Origin: Candidatus Multivoradales bacterium
GTDB taxonomy: Bacteria > Acidobacteriota > Thermoanaerobaculia > Multivoradales > JAHEKO01
Length of the DNA: 64,000 bases
Assembly (NCBI GenBank): GCA_965248055.1
Contig: CBDFIJ010000004.1
Location: 2,752,001 to 2,816,000 of the forward strand
Direction: 5' to 3'
Shown piece after piece: positions 1 to 9,233 of the stretch. The first letter of the stretch is position 1. Every line of letters begins with the position of its first letter. Below the pieces are notes generated by a model that had not been told where the DNA came from, ran no database searches, and was given only the letters and a program-made list of their open reading frames with translations. A program made the position numbers and the translations under genes.

Positions 1-9
1 GTAGTTGCT

Positions 10-1566
10 TTGCGTCGGTTGGAGCGAGCGAACTTAGTCGGGCAGGCAGGTTTGGCGGCGATCGAGGAGGTACTCGCTAACCGCGGAGTGGTTGCGCCTG
101 AAGAGTTTCGAGAGGCGTGGAATGAACATCTACGTGAAGGTTTATTGGCGGCTGAGAAACACCAAGCTTTGGAGGACCGCCGGGACTTGATCGCTGCCGA
201 TTTCGCAGGAGAAGAACCAGAGTTGTTCCAGGTTCGGCTCGACGAAGCCTCCGAAGCGTTCGCCGTGTTTGACCTCGACGGTGCGCTTGAATACCTAGAT
301 CAGGCGCTGCAATTGGACGCGAACAATCCGCAGTTGGCGGCGCTGGCTGGTGAACTCCATTTCCTTTCGGGCCGATCGTCACGCGCTCTTGAGCGATTTG
401 ATGGCGCCTTGGTTCGAGATCCGGAGCAATATGAGGCGTTGGTCTACTCGGGCGTTTTGCTCCACGAAGCGAGCAGTTCAGCTTCCGCACGCCAACGGCT
501 GCGGCGGGCTGTGGAACTGAAACCCGAAGAATTCCTGGGATGGTTGGGTCTCGGCTCTCTTTGCTTGGACCGCGGAGACCTTCGCGAGGCTTCGGTCTAT
601 CTCGAAAGAGCCCTGGAATTGGACCGGGTGCCAACCGCACTTGGGTTGTTGGGGCAAGCGTATCGGCGGATGGGTAAGTTCGGCCGGGCAGCCACCATGC
701 TGGAAGAAGCGGTACGCATGGATCCGACCGCTGATGAGTTCTTGTATGAACTGGGGCGAAGCTATGTGGCGCGTGGGTGGGGCAAGAAAGGGCAAGAAAC
801 GCTCACCGCTGCACTGAGCCTCAACCCCGCAGGGCATCACTATGGAGTGTTGGCTGACAGCCTACCCGCACCGGATGCGGGCATTTGGCAGTCGCCGTTG
901 CAGCGGGCCACCGAATTTTCGAACGCGGGGCATTTTTCTGATGCTCGCCGGCTTGCTGAGCGGGTACTGTTGCGTTGCCATCAGGCTGGTCCACTGTCGA
1001 AAGCGGGGGCCTTGATGATTGAGTCGCTGCGCGCCGAGGGCCGGTTGCAAGAAGGTGTGGATTGGGCGGAGAAACTGCTCGAACTGGACGACCCATTGGC
1101 CCAGTTTGTCGCCAATTACGAGATCGCGCTTAATTTGGCGGAATTGGAAGAAGACCTAGACCGAGCGTTGGCTGCCGCCAGACGGGGGACGGAGATTGAG
1201 GTTCCTGAGCTTCGCGCTCAGGCGGTGGCTGCCCTGGGTTGGGTCCACTACAAGCGCAATGAGTTGGATCAGGCGCTCACGTTGTTGCACAGTGCGGTCG
1301 AGATGGGTGGGCACGTGCTGCATCTGAAATTCCTCGGAATCGTGCAGTCGGCCAGGGGCGAGACTGAATTGGCAGCGGGCTATTTGGATGAGGCGGAAGT
1401 GCAGGCTGGTGGTGTGTCGCACGGTGAGCGTCTACTCAGGGACCAGTTATTGGACCGGAAACGGTTATCAATTACCGAAAGCGAGGCAGATCGTGCCGTT
1501 GTCGGCCAACAGGCGCTAGGATTGCCAGCCGGAGAACGGACCATCGGACGCCGCGGTCACGAATAA
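10..1566 (+). CDS. Tetratricopeptide-repeat protein (start uncertain, may begin upstream of the window)
   Basis: Repeated TPR-like helices (A..Y.G..L, LG..Y...G....A...LE.A...DP) along 518 aa; ends 8 bp before proS. Confidence 0.8.
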   Translation: MRRLERANLVGQAGLAAIEEVLANRGVVAPEEFREAWNEHLREGLLAAEKHQALEDRRDLIAADFAGEEPELFQVRLDEASEAFAVFDLDGALEYLDQALQLDANNPQLAALAGELHFLSGRSSRALERFDGALVRDPEQYEALVYSGVLLHEASSSASARQRLRRAVELKPEEFLGWLGLGSLCLDRGDLREASVYLERALELDRVPTALGLLGQAYRRMGKFGRAATMLEEAVRMDPTADEFLYELGRSYVARGWGKKGQETLTAALSLNPAGHHYGVLADSLPAPDAGIWQSPLQRATEFSNAGHFSDARRLAERVLLRCHQAGPLSKAGALMIESLRAEGRLQEGVDWAEKLLELDDPLAQFVANYEIALNLAELEEDLDRALAAARRGTEIEVPELRAQAVAALGWVHYKRNELDQALTLLHSAVEMGGHVLHLKFLGIVQSARGETELAAGYLDEAEVQAGGVSHGERLLRDQLLDRKRLSITESEADRAVVGQQALGLPAGERTIGRRGHE

Positions 1567-1574
1567 GGAAGACA

Positions 1575-3287
1575 ATGCGTTGGACCAACTACTACTTGTA
1601 CACCTTGCGCGAGGCTCCAGCCGACGCAGATGTCGCAAGCCATCAGTTGATGGTGCGGGCGGGGATGATTCGTAAGGTCGCCGCTGGCATCTATAGCTAT
1701 CTGCCACTGGGCTGGCGGACTATCCGCAAAATGGAAGCGATCGTTCGCCGAGAGATGGAGCGTGCCGGGTCCGCTGAACTGCTGATGCCCGCGGTGCACC
1801 CGGCAGAGCTCTGGAAAGAGACCGATCGCTGGGACATCTACGGCGGGCTGCTTCTGCGTATGCAGGATCGTCAGGGTCGCGATTTTTGCTTCGGACCGAC
1901 CCACGAGGAAGTGGTCACCGATATCGTTCGCCGGGACATCAGCAGCTATCGACAACTACCGCGCAACCTATTTCAGATTCAGACCAAGTTTCGCGATGAG
2001 ATTCGTCCTCGGTTCGGCTTGATGCGTGGTCGGGAATTCGTCATGAAGGACGCCTATTCGTTCCACGCCACGCAAGAGTCGCTGATGGAGACCTACGCGG
2101 GGATGCGCGATGCATACTGCAGGATCGTCGAAGCGTGTGGTTTGGAGTACACCATGGTCGAAGCCGATAGCGGATCGATCGGTGGCGCCTCGTCGCACGA
2201 GTTCATGGTCCTGGCGGAGACCGGTGAAGATGCGGTGGCGCGCTGCGCGCAATGCGGATACGGAGCTAATGTGGAAAAGGCGGTGATTGGCGAGTTGGAG
2301 GTTGGGGCACAACAAGATCTGCGTGCTGCACAACTTCTGGATACTCCTGACTTGACCAGTGTTGAGGCGGTGGCGTCTTTTCTGGATCGACCGGTCACCG
2401 AGTTCGTTAAGACCTTGGTCTACAAAGCTGACGCGGAGTTCGTCGCGGTATTTGTTCGTGGTGACCGGGAAGTGAATGAAGTCAAGTTGAAGAATCTCTT
2501 GGATGCGCGCCAGTTGCGGCTTGCTTCAGAAGCAGACGTTGAACGTGAGACCGGGGCCCCGGTTGGCTTTGCCGGACCAGTTGGATTGGCGTCGGGGCTG
2601 CGTAAGATCGCCGATCGTAGCGTCGAGGCGATAGCCAATTTTGTTTGCGGCGGCAACCAGCGGGATAAGCACTGGATCGACGTCAACTGGGGTGTAGACG
2701 CTGAGTTGCCCGAGGTGGCGGATCTTCTCCTGGCTGGTGCAGGAGACCCTTGTCCGCGCTGCGAGGGCCGCTTTGAGATCCATCGCGGTATTGAGGTGGG
2801 ACATATCTTTGACTTGGGTACCAAGTACTCATCGGCAATGAAGTGCGACTTTGTCAACGCAGATAGCGAAACCAAAAACATGATCATGGGGTGCTATGGC
2901 TTCGGCGTGACGCGAACAGTTGCTGCGGCGATTGAACAGAACCACGATCAAGATGGAATCATTTGGCCCGCGGCGATTGCTCCTTTTGAGGTCCTGGTTT
3001 CTTTCCTGGGACATCAAGACGAAGCGGTCCGCGCCGCCGCCGACAACCTCTATCAAGCATTGCTCGATGCCGGTATCGACGTGCTCTACGACGATCGAAA
3101 AGAGCGACCCGGAGTCAAATTCAAGGATGCCGACCTGATCGGCATTCCTTTGCGATTGGTGGTGGGCGCCAAGTCGCTCGCCGAGGGTAATGTCGAAATG
3201 TCTAGCCGGCGCGATCGAGAACGAGAGTTGGTGCCGGTGGAGTCGGTGGTCGAAACTGTGGTTGCGCGGGTCCAAGGCGCCGCGTAA
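1575..3287 (+). CDS. proS: Proline--tRNA ligase (bacterial type with INS editing domain)
   Basis: SHQLMVRAGMIRK, GPTHEEV, QTKFRDEIRPRFGLMRGREF, GIEVGHIF.LG.KYS, MGCYG, DADLIGIP; RBS AAGGA. Confidence 0.98.
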   Translation: MRWTNYYLYTLREAPADADVASHQLMVRAGMIRKVAAGIYSYLPLGWRTIRKMEAIVRREMERAGSAELLMPAVHPAELWKETDRWDIYGGLLLRMQDRQGRDFCFGPTHEEVVTDIVRRDISSYRQLPRNLFQIQTKFRDEIRPRFGLMRGREFVMKDAYSFHATQESLMETYAGMRDAYCRIVEACGLEYTMVEADSGSIGGASSHEFMVLAETGEDAVARCAQCGYGANVEKAVIGELEVGAQQDLRAAQLLDTPDLTSVEAVASFLDRPVTEFVKTLVYKADAEFVAVFVRGDREVNEVKLKNLLDARQLRLASEADVERETGAPVGFAGPVGLASGLRKIADRSVEAIANFVCGGNQRDKHWIDVNWGVDAELPEVADLLLAGAGDPCPRCEGRFEIHRGIEVGHIFDLGTKYSSAMKCDFVNADSETKNMIMGCYGFGVTRTVAAAIEQNHDQDGIIWPAAIAPFEVLVSFLGHQDEAVRAAADNLYQALLDAGIDVLYDDRKERPGVKFKDADLIGIPLRLVVGAKSLAEGNVEMSSRRDRERELVPVESVVETVVARVQGAA

Positions 3288-3359
3288 TCATCGGATCCCA
3301 CACCAAGAACTGGTTTAGAAATCTGCTGAGTTTTTGAAGTTCAGTCGGATGTAGCGCCG

Positions 3360-4712
3360 CTACTCGGCGTGCGAATCGTCATTGGTTTCGCCGTTGACCG
3401 AGCGCCGAACCCTCAAGGTTTGAATCCGGTTGCCGTCAATCTCGACCACTTTGAAGGTAAGCGGTCCAACCACCACTTCGTCGCCAACCTTGGCTTGACG
3501 CCCTAGGTCCGATAAGACCACTCCGCCAATCGTGGCTTCGTCGCGGTGGTCGACCTCCATGTCGATCTCATCTTCCAGGTCTTCGATCAACATCGCTCCG
3601 GCAACTTCCCACAAGTTTTCGGCTCGTTGCACCATCTCCGGCGGCTCGAGGTCGAACTCATCTTGGATCGGTCCGACCAGTTCTTCGATGACGTTTTCCA
3701 TGGTCACGATGCCGGAGACGCCGCCGAATTCATCGAGCACCGCCGCCATGTGCGATTTCTCTTTGCGCATGCGCGCCAAGACTTTGTCCAAGGTCAGGCT
3801 TTCGGTGACGAACCCCATCGGCCGTTTAACCCGTTCCAGAGAATCAGGTTGCTGGCCCAAACGGAAGATGTCTTTGATGTGGATCATGCCGATGACGGTA
3901 TCCAGTCCGTTTTGACACAGCGGAAAACGGGTGTGTCCACTTTCACGCGCTCGTTGCATGGCTTCGTCAACCGAGTCTTTGGCGTCAAAGAAAACTACTT
4001 CGGGACGAGGGATCATCACTTGCCGAGCGGTTCGATGCGAGAGCTCGAAGACGTTGTCGAGAATTTCGCGTTTGTCCTCCGACAGTTCGCTGGCTTGATC
4101 GGAAGAGAGCAAGAGTCTGACCTCCTCCTCGCTGTGAGCTAGCTCTGAGTCCGAAATCGGTGGAACGCCGACCAAACGTAAAAGCAAGTTGGCTGCGTGA
4201 TTGAGCAGCCAAATTGCCGGATAGGAAGCTCGGTAGAAGGCCCACATGGGTAGCGCAATCCATAGGCTGACCGGTTCCGGTTTCCGGATCGCAATCGACT
4301 TCGGAGCGAGTTCGCCGACCACAATGTGCAGCGTGGTAATTGCCAGGAAAGCGCCCACCAGCGCCACGGTATGTAATGTGGTCTCCGTCATTCCTGGAAT
4401 CCAGCTCACTAGGGGCCGAATGATGTGGGCGAAAGCGGGCTCGCCGATCCAACCCAAGGCTAGGCTGGCAAGGGTGATCCCCACTTGTGACGCGGATAGG
4501 TATGCGTCCAGGTCACGCGTCATCTCACGAGCGATCTTGGCCCTGCGGTTGCCAGCGGCGACCAATGGGTCCAACTGGGTTCCACGTACCTTGACCAGAG
4601 CGAACTCGGCGGCGACAAAAAACCCGTTGACGGCTACCAGTAGCAGACCTAGAGCGAGGCCAACGCCAGGAGAAATGTCGAATGCGAATGGAGAAGCTTC
4701 AGCGCTGGACAT
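3360..4712 (-). CDS. Hemolysin-family CNNM/CorC protein (DUF21 + 2 CBS + CorC_HlyC)
   Basis: NGFFVAAEFALV, QVGITLASLALG..GEP, GELAPKS.A, HTRFP, VLDEFGGVSGIVTMEN..EELVG.I.DEFD. Confidence 0.93.
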   Translation of the reverse strand: MSSAEASPFAFDISPGVGLALGLLLVAVNGFFVAAEFALVKVRGTQLDPLVAAGNRRAKIAREMTRDLDAYLSASQVGITLASLALGWIGEPAFAHIIRPLVSWIPGMTETTLHTVALVGAFLAITTLHIVVGELAPKSIAIRKPEPVSLWIALPMWAFYRASYPAIWLLNHAANLLLRLVGVPPISDSELAHSEEEVRLLLSSDQASELSEDKREILDNVFELSHRTARQVMIPRPEVVFFDAKDSVDEAMQRARESGHTRFPLCQNGLDTVIGMIHIKDIFRLGQQPDSLERVKRPMGFVTESLTLDKVLARMRKEKSHMAAVLDEFGGVSGIVTMENVIEELVGPIQDEFDLEPPEMVQRAENLWEVAGAMLIEDLEDEIDMEVDHRDEATIGGVVLSDLGRQAKVGDEVVVGPLTFKVVEIDGNRIQTLRVRRSVNGETNDDSHAE

Positions 4713-4859
4713 AGATTATCGGTGGCAACGTCCAGCCTTGGGGCCTGTTGACGGGGAACAACTGAAGCTGCGGTGGAGGTATCTAGGGGCGGGGTCGTCC
4801 ATGGGGTAGCGGGAGAATAACAGAAGCGAACCGTTGTGGAAGGTGCAAGCGGAGCGGGC

Positions 4860-5894
4860 TTAGTCTTGCGCCGAGGGATAGAGCGCTCGCCAAACTCCTC
4901 CCAAGTTTTCGTCCTCGGTGGCGAACGATAGAGGAGCCAGTGGCAGATGATCGGGCCCCGCCGAGAGTGCTTCGACCTTGAACCCCTCCAGGGTCCAAGC
5001 CACGGTCGGGTCGGCGATGACGTCAATCGGAAATTGCAAACTGGGATCAATCTTGGCCACGGCATAGATCAACGAGCGAAACGGGCCGTCATCGCCCGCG
5101 TCTTCACTGGCGACCGCCCACAAAATTCCCTCTGGATCCAGATAGAGGTCGGCGATATCGCGCTTGCTCTCCGGCGATACCCAACCTCCCGGCGCCGACA
5201 CCATGACTCCAGAGAGCCCGGTGAGCGACCAGTGCAACGCGCTTCGCTCGGGTGCGAAAGTCGCCCAGCGCAAACTGCCTTCGGGGTTGTGGCGGGTGCC
5301 GCCGCGTTCCCCCAGAATTACCAGCACGCGTCCTGAAGCGTCTGCGACGCAGGCGATGCCCTCGAAGTTATCGCCGATGGTGTTGGGGTCGTTGTCGGCC
5401 AGATTGGGGATCGGCAGTGCTCGGATCACGGTCGCGGTATCGCCTTCCACGCGAACATGAAACAACCTGCCGTAGCGCCCTTCCCAGGTGCCGCTCTCGG
5501 CAACCAGGGCTTCGTTGTCTCGCCCCGGTAAGGCGCAGGCGCTCTCTAGGTCGCTGGCGCGTCCGCCCTCGTGCAGCCAGTCGGTCGCCGCCAGGGGCTG
5601 GTAGACCGGTCCGTTTTCTCCACCGACGGTGATCAACCCCAAGCGCGCATTATCGCGGTGGGCTTTGGTGTCATGCACCACCAGGTAGCGATCCTCGGCG
5701 ATTTTCGCCATGCCGCTGTAGCCGTTGGCCAAGCTGAGAGGAAGTGTGGCGCTCTGAGTGGTGTCCGAGACCTCAACGTCCAGTTCTTTGATCGGTTTCT
5801 TGACCACCGGCTGATCGGAGGGGAGAACGGTGGCGCATCCGGTGGCGGCGAGCAAGCAAATAGCGAATGCGAGAAAGGAACGACTACGACGCAT
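4860..5894 (-). CDS. Predicted lipoprotein, probable beta-propeller (esterase-like/phytase-like)
   Basis: ATG at 5894 gives the signal peptide MRRSRSFLAFAICLLAATG-C; recurring DLES/NFEG/KVEA motifs; overlaps the stop of the upstream VOC gene. Confidence 0.6.
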   Translation of the reverse strand: MRRSRSFLAFAICLLAATGCATVLPSDQPVVKKPIKELDVEVSDTTQSATLPLSLANGYSGMAKIAEDRYLVVHDTKAHRDNARLGLITVGGENGPVYQPLAATDWLHEGGRASDLESACALPGRDNEALVAESGTWEGRYGRLFHVRVEGDTATVIRALPIPNLADNDPNTIGDNFEGIACVADASGRVLVILGERGGTRHNPEGSLRWATFAPERSALHWSLTGLSGVMVSAPGGWVSPESKRDIADLYLDPEGILWAVASEDAGDDGPFRSLIYAVAKIDPSLQFPIDVIADPTVAWTLEGFKVEALSAGPDHLPLAPLSFATEDENLGGVWRALYPSAQD

Positions 5895-6261
5895 CTTTGG
5901 GCTCCCACAATTCGACTTTGTTGCCCTCCGGATCAAGGAACCAACCAAATCGGCCGTACTCGCAATCATCGATCTCGCCCACCTGTTCGGCGCCCCCCTG
6001 CTTGACTTGCGCTAGGGCTCCGTCGAGATCATCCACCACCAGGTTGATCATGAAACTCTGCTCTGACGGCTGGAAATAGTCGGTATCTGCGGCGAACGGC
6101 GTCCAAACCGCCATCGTACCCGCGGGAAGATCCTTGGGAGGGAGGCTGGCTCCGTAGGGATGCTCAACCGGCATCCCGAGCCACTGCTGGTACCACTCGC
6201 CCAAGCCTTTGGCGTCCTTGCTTTTGAAGAAAACTCCGCCGACGGTAATCACCTTAGCCAT
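5884..6261 (-). CDS. VOC/glyoxalase family protein
   Basis: GGVFFKSKD...L..WY...LG, MINLVVDDLD, YGRFGWFLDPEGNKVELWEP; RBS AAGGAG. Confidence 0.92.
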   Translation of the reverse strand: MAKVITVGGVFFKSKDAKGLGEWYQQWLGMPVEHPYGASLPPKDLPAGTMAVWTPFAADTDYFQPSEQSFMINLVVDDLDGALAQVKQGGAEQVGEIDDCEYGRFGWFLDPEGNKVELWEPKDAS

Positions 6262-6419
6262 CAGTACTTCTCCTTTGTCTGAGAATGGGGCCCAATCTTA
6301 GGTTGTGGGGTCGCGTTCCATTTCTGTGAAAAGTGTAGTGCATCCCGAGCTCGGATTTTTGCATCTGCGAACCGACGATGGTGAGGGCTGCAAACTAAGA
6401 GGATCAAGGACACAAGAAG

Positions 6420-6453
6420 AAGAGGGGACACAATGAATATTGCGTCCCCTCTT
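6420..6453. repeat. Intergenic inverted repeat/hairpin between the divergent VOC and tRNA genes
   Basis: AAGAGGGGAC-A-CAAT gaat ATTG-C-GTCCCCTCTT. Confidence 0.6.
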
Positions 6454-6468
6454 TGATGTGCCCCCGCA

Positions 6469-6498
6469 TTGACACCTGCTTGGAGCGATTGTTACGCT
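6469..6498 (+). promoter_or_regulatory. Sigma70-type promoter of tRNA-Val/tRNA-Val(-thrS)
   Basis: TTGACA (6469-6474), 18-bp spacer ending in TGT, TACGCT (6493-6498), followed by a GC-rich discriminator. Confidence 0.7.
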
Positions 6499-6526
6499 GC
6501 CCGGCCCTGGTCCATGACCGGGACGG

Positions 6527-6603
6527 AGGCCCGTAGCTCAGTTGGTTAGAGCGCTACGTTGACATCGTAGAGGTCAGCGGTTCAAATCCGCTCGGGCCTA
6601 CCA
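6527..6603 (+). tRNA. tRNA-Val (anticodon GAC)
   Basis: AGGCCCG/CGGGCCT acceptor stem, CTACG-TTGACAT-CGTAG anticodon arm, GGTTCAAATCC T-loop, encoded CCA; 77 nt. Confidence 0.97.
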
Positions 6604-6653
6604 TCTTTTCTTGAGATCCCAGGGTCGTGGCATGGAGTCGCGACGCGGCCTGC

Positions 6654-6730
6654 AGGCGCTTAGCTCAGCTGGTTAGAGCGCTACCTTCACACGGTAGAGG
6701 TCAGCGGTTCGAGTCCGCTAGCGCCTACCA
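6654..6730 (+). tRNA. tRNA-Val (anticodon CAC)
   Basis: AGGCGCT/AGCGCCT acceptor stem, CTACC-TTCACAC-GGTAG anticodon arm, GGTTCGAGTCC T-loop, encoded CCA; 77 nt. Confidence 0.97.
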
Positions 6731-6819
6731 CGCCCGTACTCCCTTTCCACTTCCCTTAAACTGAACTCTCTAAGGCGGTCCTGAGCGGCCGCTTATTGAC
6801 TAATAACACTGAGCTAACT

Positions 6820-8748
6820 ATGAGTGCTGAAATCGTATTGACCCTTCCCGACGGTTCCCAGCGAGAGGTCTCGGCGGGAACCACCCCGATGGACGTGGCG
6901 GTGAGCATCGGTCCAGGGCTGGCGCGTCAGGCGGTCGGTGCCTTTCTTGATGATCAAGAGATCGATTTGCGCCAACCGATGGGGCAAGGTGGCCCCTTTC
7001 GCCTGGTCACAACCCGAGACCCAGACGCTGGACCGTTCATTCGTCACACCGCTGAACACGTGCTGGCGGATGCGGTGCAGCAGTTGTGGCCGGGGACCGA
7101 GATCGACGCCGGACGCAAAGACCACTCCGAGAAGTATCAATACGACTTTCGATTCCCTCGGGCCTTTACTCCGGACGACTTCTCGGTCATCGAAGCGAAG
7201 ATGAAGGAGATCATCAAACAGGGCCATTCCCTGGAGCGCCGAGAAGTGACCCGGGAAGAGGCAGCAGACCTGTTTAGAGAGCGCGGGGCGACCCTCAAAC
7301 TGGAGCGGTTGCAGGACATCCCCGAGGGCGAGACGATCACCGTCTATCAGCACGGGAACTTCGTCGATTTGTGTCGAGGCCCTCACGCGCAGTCGGTCAG
7401 CCAGGTAGGTGCTTTTAAGATCCTCGATACCTCCGGCGCCTATTTTCGCGGTGATGAGTCCAATGAGATGCTGCAGCGGATCTACGGCACCGCGTTCGCC
7501 AACAAGAAGGAAATGGCGTCCTATCTGGAGGCGATCGAACAGGCAAAAGAGCGAGACCACCGACGGTTGGGAGTCGATCTCGACCTGTTCAGTTTCTCGG
7601 AGACCGCACCAGCGACGCCGTTTTTCCATCCCAAAGGGGCGACGCTCTACAACCAGTTGGTGGAATTTGTGCGTGATGTTCAGGAGCCCAACGGCTATCA
7701 GGAAGTGGTTACGCCGCAGATTCTGGACGTCGACCTGTGGCACACCTCGGGGCACTACGACAACTACCGCGACAACATGTTTTTCAGTTCGATCGACAAG
7801 CGCGAGTTCGCGGTCAAGCCGATGAATTGCCCGACGCATTGCTTGATCTATGCTACCCGGTTGCGCTCCTATCGCGATCTGCCGGTACGCTACGCGGACT
7901 TCGGTCGCCTGCATCGTTATGAGAAGAGTGGGGTGACCTCCGGTCTCACCCGGGTTAGGTCGTTTGCCCAGGACGACGCTCATGTGTTCTGTACCGAAGA
8001 ACAGATTGCCGCAGAGGTCGCGACCGCGGTCGATATGATCCACCAGATCTATCGCACCTTTGATTTTGAATCGATCCAAGTGGAGCTGTCGACGCGACCG
8101 GAAAAATCCTTGGGTAGCGCTGAGTTGTGGCAAAAAGCCGAGTCAGCATTGTCCACCGCTCTGGACGACCTAGATATTGAATACGCGGTCGATCCGGGGC
8201 AGGGTGCGTTCTACGGGCCCAAGATCGATTTTCAGGTCAGCGACGCCCTGGGCCGCAAGTGGCAACTGGGAACCATTCAGCTCGACTACCAGCTACCGGA
8301 GCGCTTTGAACTGAGCTACATCGGCGCCGATGGCGCTGAACATCGCCCGGTGATGATCCACCGTGCGATGTTGGGTTCTTTGGAACGGTTCATGGGAATC
8401 CTCATCGAACACACCGGGGGTGCGTTTCCCGTCTGGTTGGCACCAGTGCAAGCGGTGGTGCTACCGGTATCGGAGAAGTTTAGCGAATACGCGGCTAAAG
8501 CTGCTTCGCAGTTGGCGCAAGCGGGTCTCCGGGTCGAGACCGATGCCCGCAACGAAAAGCTCGGCTACCGTATTCGTGAGGCGCAACTGCAGAAAGTGCC
8601 CTATATGCTGGTGGTCGGGGAAAGAGAACAGCAAGACCAAACGGTCGCGGTGCGTACCCGAACCGGGGAAGACCGTGGGGCGCAGCGGATTGACGCCTGG
8701 TCCGCTTCGGTCATCGCGCGGATTAGTTCGAGATCTGGCGACCTCTAA
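6820..8748 (+). CDS. thrS: Threonine--tRNA ligase
   Basis: TGS N-terminus, HxxxH, DLCRGPH, RDHRRLG, KPMNCP.H, GAFYGPKIDF, HRAMLGSLERF. ATG 6820 preferred to TTG 6796. Confidence 0.98.
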   Translation: MSAEIVLTLPDGSQREVSAGTTPMDVAVSIGPGLARQAVGAFLDDQEIDLRQPMGQGGPFRLVTTRDPDAGPFIRHTAEHVLADAVQQLWPGTEIDAGRKDHSEKYQYDFRFPRAFTPDDFSVIEAKMKEIIKQGHSLERREVTREEAADLFRERGATLKLERLQDIPEGETITVYQHGNFVDLCRGPHAQSVSQVGAFKILDTSGAYFRGDESNEMLQRIYGTAFANKKEMASYLEAIEQAKERDHRRLGVDLDLFSFSETAPATPFFHPKGATLYNQLVEFVRDVQEPNGYQEVVTPQILDVDLWHTSGHYDNYRDNMFFSSIDKREFAVKPMNCPTHCLIYATRLRSYRDLPVRYADFGRLHRYEKSGVTSGLTRVRSFAQDDAHVFCTEEQIAAEVATAVDMIHQIYRTFDFESIQVELSTRPEKSLGSAELWQKAESALSTALDDLDIEYAVDPGQGAFYGPKIDFQVSDALGRKWQLGTIQLDYQLPERFELSYIGADGAEHRPVMIHRAMLGSLERFMGILIEHTGGAFPVWLAPVQAVVLPVSEKFSEYAAKAASQLAQAGLRVETDARNEKLGYRIREAQLQKVPYMLVVGEREQQDQTVAVRTRTGEDRGAQRIDAWSASVIARISSRSGDL

Positions 8749-8947
8749 GGGTGAACTCGTCTGGCCAGGAGCCCGACGGTCGGGGTCTTCTCGACTCGTT
8801 GGCGGCGGTCTCACTAGCATCACACTCTATCGCCTGATTAGCCCCTCAAGAGCTAGGGATGCTATGATCATCACAGTTTTGTAGCCCCAACTTGAACCCG
8901 AACTTGGGTAACTTTTTCGTCGATGAAGGCGAAACGGAGGTTGTGTC

Positions 8948-9118
8948 ATGTCTAAAGTTGCACCGTTCCACAGTTGTAAGAATCGAGGCGTCTACCATGT
9001 GTGCTCGGAGTGCACAGAGGGAAACAACATCGAGACAAAGTACAAGACTGCGGGCAAGGGTGGTGGGCGCTTGTGCAAAGCTTGCGCCCGCCGGATGACC
9101 AAGAAAGGCACCTGCTAA
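8948..9118 (+). CDS. Small (56 aa) Cys/His-rich hypothetical protein, not in the ORF track
   Basis: RBS GGAGG 7 nt before ATG; MSKVAPFHSCKNRGVYHVCSECTEGNNIETKYKTAGKGGGRLCKACARRMTKKGTC*; two CxxC motifs. Confidence 0.72.
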   Translation: MSKVAPFHSCKNRGVYHVCSECTEGNNIETKYKTAGKGGGRLCKACARRMTKKGTC

Positions 9119-9233
9119 GCGTACTTGACCGTTCGTTTTTATCGATGGCCGATGAGCCGGATTCTCCGGTAACCATCAAGCTGTGCTTGGTGGTGGTGAG
9201 TATGCCGGATAGTCCGGTGATTGAAGTGGGGTC

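Noticed and set aside
6527-6730. Tandem tRNA-Val genes as an integration site or prophage att
   Set aside because: No integrase and no duplicated tRNA 3' end seen in the window.
6796-6824. TTGACT-N17-TATGAG promoter-like match before thrS
   Set aside because: The -10 is poor and overlaps the likely thrS start codon, so it could not transcribe the full gene.
6814-8133. Long antisense ORFs (439 aa here; also 11810-12808, 18070-18801 and others)
   Set aside because: They are shadows of well-conserved genes in GC-rich DNA with no recognisable motifs.
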